A stretch of DNA of 64,000 nucleotides, from positions 1-64,000 of the forward strand of contig NW_020844097.1 of assembly GCF_003704095.1 (NCBI RefSeq). The letters are read 5' to 3'. Of the stretch, positions 35,866-48,799 are shown one piece after another; positions within the stretch are counted from its first letter, which is position 1, and each line of letters starts with the position of its first letter. Position numbers and translations under genes: made by a program. The notes under the pieces are model-generated. The model saw only the letters and a list, made by a program, of their open reading frames with translations. It ran no database searches and had not been told where the DNA came from. This DNA is from Pocillopora damicornis. Taxonomy: Eukaryota.

Positions 35866-38800
35866 ATGGATTTTACTAAGTTTGACGATCTTTTGATGGG
35901 AATCCTCCAGCACTGTGAACAAGTGGAACCGTTTTTAGATGCAATCTTCAGCTTTTTAGCGCGCAGGACTGACTTCTTTCTAGTGATGCACAATAGAGAT
36001 GACAAAGTGGGATTCGCTCCAGGTGTAGCGGAAAAGATGGTTCTAAAGGTATGGACGTTTCATCTAACCGCTACATGGTTGAATCTTCAGCAAATATTCC
36101 ATAGAACGAAGATTTTAAAGAATAATGAACTTCCATGTATGCGCAAAATATGTTAATATATGACATTTTTTCGCGATTTCTGAAAGTTAATACAAGGTAC
36201 ATCCTGTATAAGCAAGTGATATTGTGTAGGAAGCCTACGTGAATATGTTTTGGGTGAAAATGGAATTGAGGTGAAAATACATTCAAACTAGATTGAATTG
36301 CATTCGAAATCATTTTGTACTTGATCGGTGTTAGTTTTTACCTCTTGACAGGTTTTGAAATTGCCTGCTATCACATCTGATATTAAATGGATAAATTTAA
36401 TTGAATAAATAATAGTAATACGACCGAATGAAGTCGAATTCCGGCTGTAATCATACAAGTGATACTTTAAATGATCACTACAATTACAGACAGAATTGGA
36501 TGAGAGGAAGGCCTGAGAAGCAAAGTTGCCATCATTCTACGTTTTCTTGAATATCATTAGTTAACTCATTGAAATGTGCAACAACAGCATGTGCACTTGA
36601 TGTGCACTGTCCAGTTTCAAGTATGACACTGACACTGTCAGCATGACACTATCAAAGTAGTGCTCAAATCAGGATGGTGAGAACCAATCATGTTAAAGGA
36701 TAGATTAAGTTAAGTATTTCAGTAATCAATGACAAGCGATAGCTGGATTTGTTGGAAGTCATCAAAAAGTGTTAATTTGAATGTTGTCAGGTTTATTGAC
36801 GAATGAGTGAGGAGTTGTATACTAAATAGTGCTGATATTGGGATTTAGGTAATACAGCCAGAATGAAAAAGGGAAGTCTATACAGGGTCCTTCCATGTGT
36901 AGATTGCTGTTGTTGTTTTTGTTGTTGTTTTTTAGAATTAGATATACTTGTAGATCACACTATCTGGTGGATATAAGCTTATTTTCTATTTGATGCCTCA
37001 AAAAGATTCAAAGTGGTCTTTACTCCTTTCAAATAACTTACATGTACAGAAAAGATCATGTACTGTGGTTGCAAAGTCCCTTCTCCCTTTCCTCTTTACT
37101 TCATGATTGTATTTTAACAGTAACTTAAAAAGTCAACTTATTGAATGTCAGGATTATCTGTATTACTTGATTGATATCTTTAGAATAGTTTCAGGTGAGG
37201 CTAATAAGTGGATTGAAATTAAGATGTTTTTATTTAAAGTATAGGTGTTCCAATCCCAAAGATTATTCACTTCTTTATTTTGGTTCCAATCTGCTAAAAA
37301 CAGCTTACATGGCAGAAATGTCTATTCTGAGGTTTTCAGAGTACTTTTGTGAATACCTGAACAAATTCGCTGTCTATAAAACTGCAATATGCATTGAAGA
37401 GGACAGAATCATCTCATGGAATGGAGTTTATTTATTGGTTTTAATTTAGCACTATGGGCATTGAAACACCATTGCGACTTATTAGGTTGAAAGTCATGGG
37501 TTCTTAATCCAATCTTTTTATGTATCCATAGACTTTAACCCTGGGAAAATTATTGTGGGTTACACTCACAATATATGTATGTATATGAGTATGTATAAAG
37601 TAGGTGATTGCTATGCCTTGTTGTTCTGCAAATGATGTCCCAAATTAAGGCAACCATTGCTTAACAGACAAGTCACATTCCCTCACCAATGTGATTTGGT
37701 TATCAGTGACCTAGCTCCAAAAAGTCTGTCACAAAAGTTTTCAGCTCTTCATCTCTGTTGTCTGATCACATACACATTCCATGCTTGTGACTCGTCCAGA
37801 AATGTTCTAAGATACTTCGACATAGATGCTTTTTAGAGGCCTTGAATGTCAGGAGATATTAAAAAAAAAAAAACCTAAAAAGGTAACTAGGTAGGGAGAG
37901 ATCTCACAACCTGTTTATGATGTGTGTAATAGCTTTAGAACCTGACTGTTTCCATTTTGAGAATAATGGGAAACAGATGTTAATAAAATTATTTTGTGGC
38001 ATGTAAATTCATTTTAGAGAGAAGTAACAATTTAAGATACAGGAGTATAGCCAAGGACAAATGTATGCCTGCCTCCTACTTTTGTGGAATAATTTCTCTG
38101 GGTTTTGGTTTGACAAAAAATGTTATGTTTTTCATGCCCAGTAAATAAGCAATTTCCTTTAAAAATTATCAGTTAACCTTTAATCGTAGGTTTTTTCCTT
38201 GCCATCATGAGTTAACTGATGTAGTGTGTGATGATAATAGATTTTATTTAACATGAATTAGTTAAGAGTTTCTGTTTCTTATACAGATCTTCAAGACTCA
38301 TCAACAGATTGTCACTGGAAATCAAACAGGAGCTAAAAAACAAGCACATGGAAAGATATCAGGAAAAGGGAAGCAAAAATGTGCTGACATAGAGAGAGCA
38401 ACTGATAGAGCTTCAGCTGCAAATGAAAACGTGAGTTGCTACTTATTTGTCACCTGCAGTCCTGGGTCACACAAAGGGTGTTGTCCTAGCTACTGTTAAA
38501 TGTAATATACCACAGTCCAAAGGAGGCTTTTGGGTGAGTGAAATGTTCATAGAGGCTTCTGAGTGCTGTAATTTTAAGTGCGTTTAAAATACAAATTGGT
38601 GTTCAACTTTCTGGTACAATTATTGACAAAATGTCATCGTTTATACAGCTCAATACCTTACTCAAAGTAATAGCATCCATAATCCTTTACATCCTAACGC
38701 AACAGTATACATATTAATGACTGTGAATATATGGAAATCATTTACCAGCCTACGAACTGCAGATCAAGGAATTATTATAGAAACGATCTTCACAGTAATG

Positions 38801-41800
38801 AATACTACATAAGCAGCCGTGAAAATAAGAAGCCAACTGGGAGCTGGTCATTATTTTTGTTTGTAATAAACCCATGAACTGAGAAATCAATGACTGCAGG
38901 AGTTTCATTTAGGTTTGGAGCAGGAGGGTATGTGGATTTGCCACCGGGCATACTTAAAGCAAGGCCCTTTGGGCCTTGCCTCTTAGGGGGGTCTGTGGGC
39001 ATGCTCCCCCTGACAAATTTGAAATTCTCAAGTGACAGAGATGCATTTTCCTGCATTTTAGAGCAGAAACTGACATGCTTCAAGTGCCAATTAGGACATT
39101 ATTTCTTTCCATGATAGTCTTGATTTGGTGAATTAATCAACAGGTAAATTAGCTTTCTAAAGCAAATCCATAATCTTGTACATATTAAATTTTCAGAATA
39201 GCTTGCCTTTCAACAGAAAGTGTCATAAATGATGACAGAAGGTGTGGTTTCTGTTCATGTAAAGTGGGAAAAAGTGTTCACAAGTTTTCAAATTGTTTTT
39301 TGTGTCAGGGGTATACAAATTCTACTCAAAGTATAACCAACAAAAATGTCATAGTGTTAGAATATAATGTTTGATAATTTCATACTGATGGGTTTGCTAA
39401 CAAACTCCTCAACTTATTAAGATCTTTCTTTGCAAGTTTTCTGTCAATTAGGCAAACAGAGTCATGCTTTCAATAACAGAGGAAATTTTTATTTCAATGT
39501 GGGAAAGCTGGTAGCTTCCACAGTTAGATGGATTTTTCTCATCACTTGGAAAAGATTCAAGATGTCAAAAGCAATTCAGTGCTATTGTAAGTTTTTGGCT
39601 AGTTTTCTGTGACCAAAGGAACTACTCTGTGTTCAACTTCAGTTGTATGTTATGGAGAAGTGAAACATGAGCCAACCAGAAAGAAATCAATCACATGCTA
39701 GGCAACCACTTGAAAGCATGGTCAAAGTGATAACAATCCTTCACTCAATTTACTTTCTTTAGGAAAGATAAATTTCTTCCTGTTTTACAACAAGTATTTT
39801 ATTCTTGTGACCTTCAGGTTTGATTTGGGGTGATAATATTAGGATGTTTGTAACTCTCTGGGGCTAAAGGGTTGATGGAATTGTAGAAGTCTAAGAGAAA
39901 AAAATCAATTTTGGCACAGAAGATGCAAGGATTACCACTTATTTTGAAAAATACTGTCTGAGTGAGGATTTGCAGGAGTAGATAAAAGGAGAAATGGAAG
40001 AGGGAGTGTCAATATTTCAAACTTAAAACCCTTTTTGATTTATTTTTTTTACATAAATAATCAGATTGCCACATTAAGATATGTATATCACACCAATCAG
40101 ATTGCCACATTAGGGTATGTGTCTCACATCAATCATATCATGGCATTTGGATATCATGGACCAATCACAGTGTTGGGTATTTTTTCTTGTAAATGATGTC
40201 ATGGAATCAGAGGGCTGTGCACAAAGAATGACATTAACCAGAAATTTGAGCTCATTTGATAAGTGTTATTATTTTGGCCTCTGTAAGAGCCTCGTTGGGT
40301 GAAGGTGAGATTTCTTGGGATTCAAAAGGTTCACATTTATTGTTATTGTACCATTTTAAAGTTGAGATGTGTTTTTCCACTCCTTTTCCCACAATGCACA
40401 TGTAAACAACTTACATTCCATCATGTGCTATGAAAACAACGTCCAAAGTCCAATCAGAATATACCCAATCATTGCACCACATGAACATTCGCAAATTTTT
40501 TACATGCTTGAATTAAATTCTACCAATTAAATTCCATTTTGCCACATTAGACTTCGCTCCATCACAATAATTTTGATTTTCTTTGAGAGGAACAGCTGTA
40601 AGTGTAGTCTCTTTTGCAACTGTTATTTGGTTGCATCATGCAATGGCTCTCTCTCCAATGGGGGATAGACAAGACCAAACAGCGGCTGCAAAGGAGACTA
40701 CAGCAAGCGGGGTACCAATGTATTTTATTTTTGCCCCAAAGTATTTAGACAATAGACCACAAAATACCAGTGTGAATTTAGATAAACTATGTTTTTCCTC
40801 TTTTCTCTAAGGTAATATTTTCGTTCTTTTAAAAGTTATAAAAACATTAGGAACACAAAGTGTCCAATCTCAACTCACCCAGCTAAAAAAAAAACTCTTG
40901 CATGCTATGGATGCCAATGTTTTGTTAAAGAGAGAAAAATGGCAATTTTTTTCCAAGGAGGATAGAGCATCCAAACAGAGGAGATGTTAAAGCTGAATAT
41001 TAATTTTCTATCTCTGTAGACAAGTCTATCTGCTCCTATGGCCTCATCTGATACAGATATATCTCCAGCAATCACTTCATGTGAGGTAGAAACATCACCC
41101 ACCAGTGACAAGGGCCACACCCAACTTCCTGCATGTACTACTGAAAAGACATTGAGTGCTGCTTCAACATCTAGTTCCAAGCCAACAAGGTGTATCAATT
41201 ATTGTGTTTCTTGATTTACTTATTGTTTTTCATCTTTTTTTTTGCTTCTTGCTAATTGTTTGTTGCCTTGTAAAGCTTTACATGAACAAAATTTGGTAGG
41301 ACATGTCTTAAGTACACATACACACTCGTCCTCAATTCTACACAGAAACCTTTTTTTCTGTGCTGTTTTGTTTGCTGTACTGGTCATCAAGGCAGATTTC
41401 AGGCAAAATTCAGCTAAGCCAGAGCTGGAAATCATGAGTCTGGGAATGTGATTATATGGTCGTGAGCAATGGGTGGGTGGTATTTTTATATGTCTTCCCT
41501 CCCTAAACTGTTACTGTGCTCTTTTGCTTCTGGAAGTGCTGTGGTAAAATGAAATGTATTTTGTTTGTTTGTTTTTTGGTTCATATGTTTGTTTGTATGT
41601 TCTATGCAAACCTGCATGCTAGGTGATGATTCTTGCAGTATGATTGTCTCTCTAACCATGAGGAGAATCAGCTAACACATCAGAGACTAAACTAATTTTA
41701 ATTTTTTCAGCCTCACTCAAGTAAGTGAAGACGTAACAAGCAGTGAGAGCAAGGGTCTGGTTCCTGGCAAGACTGCTGATTGTTACAATGGAGCTGTTCT

Positions 41801-43776
41801 TGAGAAGTATGCATGGTCACAAACTATAACTGATATTGAAATAAAAATCCCTGTGCCATGCTCAGTAACAAAAGGTCGGGATGTTGGTGTGGAAATTAAG
41901 AGCTCCCATTTGAAAGTTTGGTTAAAGAATGGAATCCCACCAGATTCAGGTAAATGTATGTTGTAGGGGAAATTACTTAATGCCACTTGGTGAAAGGCCC
42001 AAAGATTTTGAGGAAAAGCCCTTAAACGCTCTCCACAGTGATAAGACACTGTTCTGAAAAAAGGCCAATGATGCTCTTTAATTTCAAATAAATTGTTTTT
42101 TCCTTCAGATCATTTTAAAAGAGTGCAATGGTATTTTGATAAAGTGGATATACGTATCAATAGAAGCAGAAAGCTAGATTTGGTTGCATCCTTCCTAGTT
42201 TCTGCTTTTTATATGAAAATGATTCTTTTGTCTTATTTGTCAAATATATCCTCAAATCGACAAAGAACAAGCGTACACCCATTTTAAATCTGAGATAGTT
42301 TCGGGATAACCTGACGGCATGACCTTGATTCATTGGTCATTTCCAACAGACAGCATTATTCTTGTTGATGGAAAACTTCAGTGGCCGATAAAATGCGAAG
42401 ATTCTATGTGGTTGTTGGAGGCTGGGAAACAGATCATTGTCAGCCTGGACAAAGTAGAGGAGAGGTTTTGGACAACTGTTTTGGAAGGAGATACCGAAAT
42501 TGACAAGACTAAGGTTGACACAACACGAGACATAAGTGAATTTGATGAACAAACTCAGAGTGATTTTCAGCACGTTATGTATGACCATCATCAAAAACTT
42601 CAGGGCAAACCAACTAGTCAGGAAATGGTATGTACAGTATGAATTCAAATTTTCCTTTGGTTGAATCATTTTTTTAATTTCAAGTCAATTAAATTTGTGT
42701 TAATCTGGCTCACTTTATATTGGTGTGAAATAAGGAAAATAATGATGCTAATTCGAAAATCTCTAAACCAAAGGAATAATTGAACCTGTTACGCAGTCAT
42801 CTTATGTATTTTAATAGCGTTAGGTTTGCTTCATGAAGTAGAGATACTTTGCCGAGTCGCCAATTTATTCGTGATTAAAGTGATTAAAAAGAAGTTGAAC
42901 AAAGAGAGCTGACAATAAGGGCAGGTTAAGTTTTCTTCCTACCCCCCNNNNNNNNNNNNNNNNNNNNNNNNNNNNNNNNNNNNNNNNNNNNNNNNNNNNN
43001 NNNNNNNNNNNNNNNNNNNNNNNNNNNNNNNNNNNNNNNNNNNNNNNAGTCGGACGACCCGGGTTCTAGTCCTGGCCGGGTCAAGGCGTTGTGCCCTTGA
43101 GACGTGCGGGGGAAAAAAAGCGAGCTCCGCTTTTAGGCTTGGCTAAATCTATATACTACCCTCTGGCCATATGCCCGACAGCCGAGCAAAATTTCCACTA
43201 AATAATTATTTCAAACTGCTAGAGAGTATCACATATTTTTGGAAAAAATTTCCAGCGATTCCAAATATACATATAAATCTGCTAATGCGGTATCCTCGTG
43301 CCACATGCTTATAATTTTCCTTTTTTTTTTTTTTCTATGATTACCTAACCGCAGTTAGGTGTATGTGTGTGAGTATGTATGTTGTTTATGATGGTAATTG
43401 ATCTGGGTGAAGTGTCTGAAATCGTAGGCAATATTTCAAAATGGAACGAGTGCACCGCGAGTTATTTACTACGATTATTTTTAAATCTTAGAATTAATCG
43501 TCCTAATACAGGATAGTATTTTTTTTAGTCATGGGGAAAAAATTTGCAAAATTCGCTGCACGGTGGTTCCTGTGTCTTTCATTTCCCTGTAATTATGATT
43601 GGTCATTTAAACAAACCTTGAGGCCGTAGCTGAGGATACATCAATGAGTTCTTTCCTTTTTATTTATACAGAAAACCCACGATCTTCTCAAGAAAGCTTG
43701 GAATGCCAAAGGGTCGCCGTTTGCGGGAACTGACTTCGATCCATCAAAAGTGAACATATCGCCAAGTTATGGGTGA
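35866..43776 (+). CDS. NUDCD3: NudC domain-containing protein 3 (372 aa)
   Basis: Exons 35866-36048, 38287-38430, 41020-41189, 41711-41949, 42350-42627, 43672-43776 splice in frame. Motifs: N-terminal LMGILQH...FLDAIFSFLARRTDF...GFAPGVAEK; CS/p23 domain YNGAVLEKYAWSQTITDIE; C-terminal MYDHHQKLQGKPTSQE..HDLLKKAWNAKGSPF.G..FDPS. AATAAA overlaps the stop codon. Confidence 0.93.
43047..43160 (+). mobile_element. tRNA-derived SINE fragment next to a gap
   Basis: B-box-like CCCGGGTTCTAGTCCTGGCCGGG followed by GCGTTGTGCCCTTGAG. Confidence 0.45.
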
Positions 43777-43818
43777 ATAAAACTCTTCTAATACGCTGAA
43801 AGGAGACAGAACATGCTC

Positions 43819-45547
43819 TTAAAGACATCTAAACACTTTAAGTGAAATAATGCGCCATCCCGTTTCGAAAAGTAAGAACCGTGAAAGGTAGTTTTTTGCC
43901 AAATCACTGGCGATACCAGGTTCCCTCTCCTTGTCCTGTCCAACAGGCATAAGAGGAGATGGAAGCCATCTGTAGTACGTCAGCCAGTCTAGGATAGTGA
44001 CATAATGAAACTTAACAGCATCGAAGTAGATGCCAGCAGGACAACCTCGTGGACTCCTTCGGGATTGATTCCGAGAACGATACGACTGCATGTGTTCTTC
44101 TTCGTCGAACCCAAATACCGAGATCTTAATAAATTTAACTAAGGAATAAATGTGAAGATATGATGCAATAGGAATAATACTCCCTCTACGACGTGTCTTT
44201 TAAAGTGGTTTACGTGACTGCTACACACAATTACTTCTTTTGTGTCTAAATTGAAAGTTCCCTCAAATTTTGTCGCCTTGTCTTCTGTTGAATTCATCAT
44301 CACACCACATATCCATAATTAAAGCTAACAGCGGCTTAAGAGCCCTTTAAGCTTGTTGTCTGAGAACATTTGAATTATTATGACGTATGTGAGTGGCAGT
44401 GGTCCCTTCGATCAGTTATCTACCACGTGAAGCAAGGCTTTGAATTCAGTTAAGAGAGGGATAGAGGACCGAGTTTGAGTTTATCTTCGTCACTTTTTGT
44501 TGTGAAGTATATATTCGTCTGTCTTCCTTCCCATCTACCCTAGCGTTCTGTTCGCCGCTTTCTCTTTCCGGTTATTCAACTACGACATCAAATGACAATT
44601 GCCTCCTTTCGAAAGTACTAACCAAATCGCGATGTTTGTGTCTGTTGTTTTAAAGGCCAGCTTCATTGGATCCATCGTAATCCTGGCAGTGTATATGGGG
44701 ATCTTGTTCGATTGAGGTTAAAATTCACAATTTGCCACATCCCTAGTGGGGATGTTTTCGACAGCAACTCACTCGGACTAAACGACAGGTTTTCCCTTCG
44801 ATTTGAACTAGCCAACAAGTTTTTGCTTCCTTTGTTCATTCAAGGGTTTCTTTCCGGTCGCTTAACAAAATATGAGCTTTTGAAGTTCGAAATTAGCCAT
44901 TGTGGATTGCGGTTTCCTTCTTACGCAACTGACCGCAAGAAAGGGGTCGAACGCTTTGTGGATAGAAATGCCTTTTCACTGAACAATAAGAACATTTGGC
45001 TTTTTATTATTAAATGTTGGTCTCATCGGAAAACTTCAAAGTAGCAATTTATAGTTTGGTTCTTATTGCTAAAAAGTACTGTGTTATTTTTAGGGTTTTT
45101 TCCGCTGCTGAGTGCCCTTTGTTTAACCCTTCTACTGGAATTTACGACAACGTTCCTCTTTAATCTTTCTTTATTGTTTTTTATTGTTATTGAAATTTAA
45201 GATCTAAAAATACTTTATACACTATTAAGCCTGGTGTGCAGCTGCTAACTGTTTCGAATATTTGAACGAACTGAATCAGTCTCGATTCTCTGCCTTTCTA
45301 CACGTAATTTGTGTTTTTACAAATTTCATTCATCCAGTCTTGGATTAATGCCACTATTATCCCGTGTAAACATTGATTACAAATGGCACAGCCCCTTCAC
45401 TACCAAAACAAGATGGCAGTGTTCCACCTGATAGGCCACGCAAGAGTGTGGTGAGGCAAAACAAAAACCTTGTAGCCTTTCGATTTCTTTTGATACAAAA
45501 GGTTCACATCCCGTGAAGGCAAGAATTTTACTATTCTGCTGTTTCAT
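43819..45547 (-). pseudogene. Probable decayed multi-exon gene convergent with NUDCD3
   Basis: Two clean 3' exons: ~44284-44214 (DKATKFEGTFNLDTKEVIVCSSH) splices in frame to ~44124-43819 (ISVFGFDEEEHMQSYR...YFDAVKFHYVTILDWLTYYRWLPSP...*). Upstream blocks (MKQQNSKILAFTGCEPFVSKEIERLQG..., and a long 45200-44390 segment) read protein-like but contain several stops and frameshifts. Confidence 0.4.
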
Positions 45548-45683
45548 TACGGCGAAAAGTCCGCCGCAAAATTTCCAGAAAATTGCCGCCGGCTTAAGTT
45601 TTGTTTTAAAAATCTGATTGGCCAGCCTGACCGGTTGAGTATAGACTGCCTTATACACCGGCAGTAATACAGTCCCAAAATTA

Positions 45684-46376
45684 TTATCTCATAGATATGA
45701 TTTGATTTTTGATAGGTCTCGGTAATGGAAGTTCATCAACTGCCTTATTTCTCGCAGTACCTCCCAGTTCACCCATACAACCGCGTATTGTTCTTATGCA
45801 AGCATTTTGAAGAGCACGTGGCTGATGACTTCTGACAAGTCTTCCCACACAGGGATATCTCTCTACACACTGCATTTCCCAGTGAAAGAGGCTGTCCATT
45901 TGAAGTGGATTGAGATCTGACAAGTCGTCAATTTCGGATTTGTTCGTTAACTTTTCATTGAGAGAAAAGGTTGCTAAAGCCCGGCTGGCATCTCGACCAG
46001 CAAGATGAGTGAACGGTCCATCCATAAAATACTGAATGTCCTTTGTGTATGTGGCATCAAACACTTTGCCGTTAACCGCAAAATATATCCTCTGATCTTG
46101 GATACCGTCGTATTGCTGTAACTCGCTAACAGTGAACGAGCGATTTTCAAAGTCGTGAGCAGGCAGAAATTCATCTCTGTTAATCACTTCTTGTTGCGTA
46201 GTAGAAAAAAATTTCTTCCATGTAACTTGAAGGGTTAACAAGATCGAGCCAAACAGACACAAAGCATCTAAATGTACTTGTACAAGCCAAGTTAGTATGT
46301 CGTACAAACGACCATAAACATCGCCTTCGTGGGATTTAAAACGAACCTTATATCCAGATATCATCCACTCGTTCAT
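45684..46376 (-). CDS. Intronless membrane-associated progesterone receptor (MAPR/PGRMC-like) cytochrome b5-like protein, 230 aa
   Basis: N-terminal hydrophobic segment, then FTVSELQQYDG.QD.RIYFAVNGKVFD.T...GPF.HLAGRDASRALATF...DDLSDL...W...YPCVGRLV, collinear with the PGRMC1/2 domain. Confidence 0.9.
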   Translation of the reverse strand: MNEWMISGYKVRFKSHEGDVYGRLYDILTWLVQVHLDALCLFGSILLTLQVTWKKFFSTTQQEVINRDEFLPAHDFENRSFTVSELQQYDGIQDQRIYFAVNGKVFDATYTKDIQYFMDGPFTHLAGRDASRALATFSLNEKLTNKSEIDDLSDLNPLQMDSLFHWEMQCVERYPCVGRLVRSHQPRALQNACIRTIRGCMGELGGTARNKAVDELPLPRPIKNQIISMR

Positions 46377-47311
46377 CGTGATGCCGTGATTCGACTTTTC
46401 AATGTTAACACCGGGATGTTACTAGTGTTGCAATCAATTTGAAAGTGCATATTACGCTCTGTTTACAAACTTTAACAATGGCAACACTCGACAGGATTGT
46501 GACCACGTGACTTTTTCATCTGTCACGGATGACAAAGTTTCCGGTGGAATGCCCCGTCCCTCATCACACAATCCTGACCTTTTGTTCACGTGCTGGTTAA
46601 CAACTATACCTCACGGTGTACATGAATTGAATTTGAACACACTTGGACTTTGTACGTTTGTAATTTGATGTTTAACCTCACATCCCACGGCGATGCCGTT
46701 AGTAACGAGCATTCAGGGAGGGCTTGAGTGTCTTACTGCACTTGATTGAATCGATTTCCTCTGTTATAAACATCCCACGCAACCGACGGAAGTTGTCAAG
46801 TTAAACCAATATGGAAAATAGCTATTCACTTCAAAAAGACACCATATTGCATTTATGTAAGAAACAGGAACATGTTTTTAACAAAAAAAAATTGTGCAAT
46901 CGGAAAGAGTGTGCCCCGTTGATGCTTACGTATGTTCGCATGCACGTACACCGGAAAACAAGTTGACATCGGGAACACAACGTCAAATTCCATAGGTCAT
47001 GTCCGACAAAGAAGCTTAACTCAGGAAACGCAGTGACGTTCATTCTTGTTGGGGACGGAGTCACGACATGCGTTACTTCATCATCCTTTTGGGAACTCAT
47101 ACGCCATTCAAGCTTTTGTAACGGTCATGTTCGGGTACCATTAGATTTTCCTCTGACAACGGGATAGTGGTAAACATCAAGTTGTGCCATACACAACCAA
47201 AAAGTCATTTATTAAAAGGAATATTTAGAATAAGAATTGCAATAGTTGGCACTTCATTTTAGCCTTGATCTCTTTTGAATTGTCATCCCCATCAACTCCA
47301 AAAATATTTAA

Positions 47312-47515
47312 CCCTTTAACTCCCATGAGTGACCAAGAGAGAATTTTCTCCTTACGATATCGATACAATATCAACCAGATGAGTGATAAGAATAAAGAAA
47401 AATATCAATTTGGGGATAATAAATTGACCCAATACAAAATTCTCTGAACTAACATTATTAGAATTGTATAGTTGACAGTAAGGAGAATGACAAATTTGAA
47501 ACGGGAGTTAAAGGG
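47312..47515. mobile_element. piggyBac-like MITE
   Basis: TTAA|CCCTTTAACTCCC...GGGAGTTAAAGGG|TTAA (13-bp TIRs, TTAA TSD). Confidence 0.85.
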
Positions 47516-48799
47516 TTAAATGATTCTCGACAATGAAAACACTCGGAAGCCACTCCCTTTCACAAGATTTCACAAAAAAACATAGTAAAACATAACACGG
47601 TGGGTTCTAAATGTATTCTACACGCTTCCCACAAAAGCCTTCACGCACATTGTGCTCCAAATGTTTTCTTCTCCTTTTGGCAAGTACATCTCAAACCCAA
47701 ACTTGCCACGAACAACTTTCCCGCAGTCGAATCGACTCTTATGGTCACGTTTTACAACACCAGATTCTCTGCATTAATTTTTCCTTCCAGTACATTCACA
47801 CTGAGCACGATACACTTCACAAATATCCACACTCTCGCTAGCAAATAACGTTGATTTTCGACATAATCTTTTAGAAAAAAATATTTTTGTATGAGCAATC
47901 GCTCTTGTTCATTTCCCTCAAGAGACGTGCAGAGTTGAGCATTTCGCGATCGAACCGATCGCTTCAAGCACTTTCCATTGCCCCGGAAGTGGCTTTAATA
48001 TTATTATCCTTCACTCGAGTGTTTTCAGCAATACCGTTAAAAAGAAAATGCTTCCCCTTCGATTTGGGCTCCATGTTGTTTACACCCAGCCAGCCCCTTT
48101 GAAAAAGACTTAATAAAAGATCCCAGAACTAGGAATTTACGACGTTTAATCTACAGACAAGGACTTAAACCAAGCCGGGCTAAAAAACTGAATCCCAGCT
48201 TGAAAAAAATGAAAAACGATGCTGGCAAAAGAATCTTATTAAGTGTAAGCCCTCTCTTTGAGGCAAACTTTATAAGCCGGATGAAAACATCAGTACCCTG
48301 CCCATAGCCACCGTACAGTCTGTGGATAATATTTGGCGCAGATCAGTCTCAGCTTGACGACATTCAGGCCCCTTAAAGACGTATCTGGATATATTGGAAA
48401 ACGGAATTTTTCCTCCGTTTTCAAAACAAAACATTTGGACAGATGACGAATTGGAGATCAAGCTACTGAACTTGAATTTAGCTATAGTAATAATGACATA
48501 CGTTCACTACCCGCCATATTGATTTTCACTTAGGAAACGTGAACCAGGTTAAAGTAGACTAGATCAATGATGACACCATCGTATCCGAAATCCTCCGCTT
48601 TTGTTCGTCCAAAAAGTTCCTCTTCGGGAACCGGATTTAAAATCCTTCGTTTAAGATGCCCGAAAACGCCATGTGAATGTGAACGGAAGACTCCAAACGA
48701 GAAAAAAGGAACCGATTTTAAAAAGTATCGTGTGGAGAAGGCCTCACTCAACTCACTATGGAGCCAGTGACCATTGTTTCAAATTCATGTTCTCATTGT

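Noticed and set aside
47680-48075. Coding-like minus-strand stretch starting MEPKSKGKHFLFNG
   Set aside because: Multiple stops, no recognisable motif and no splice support.
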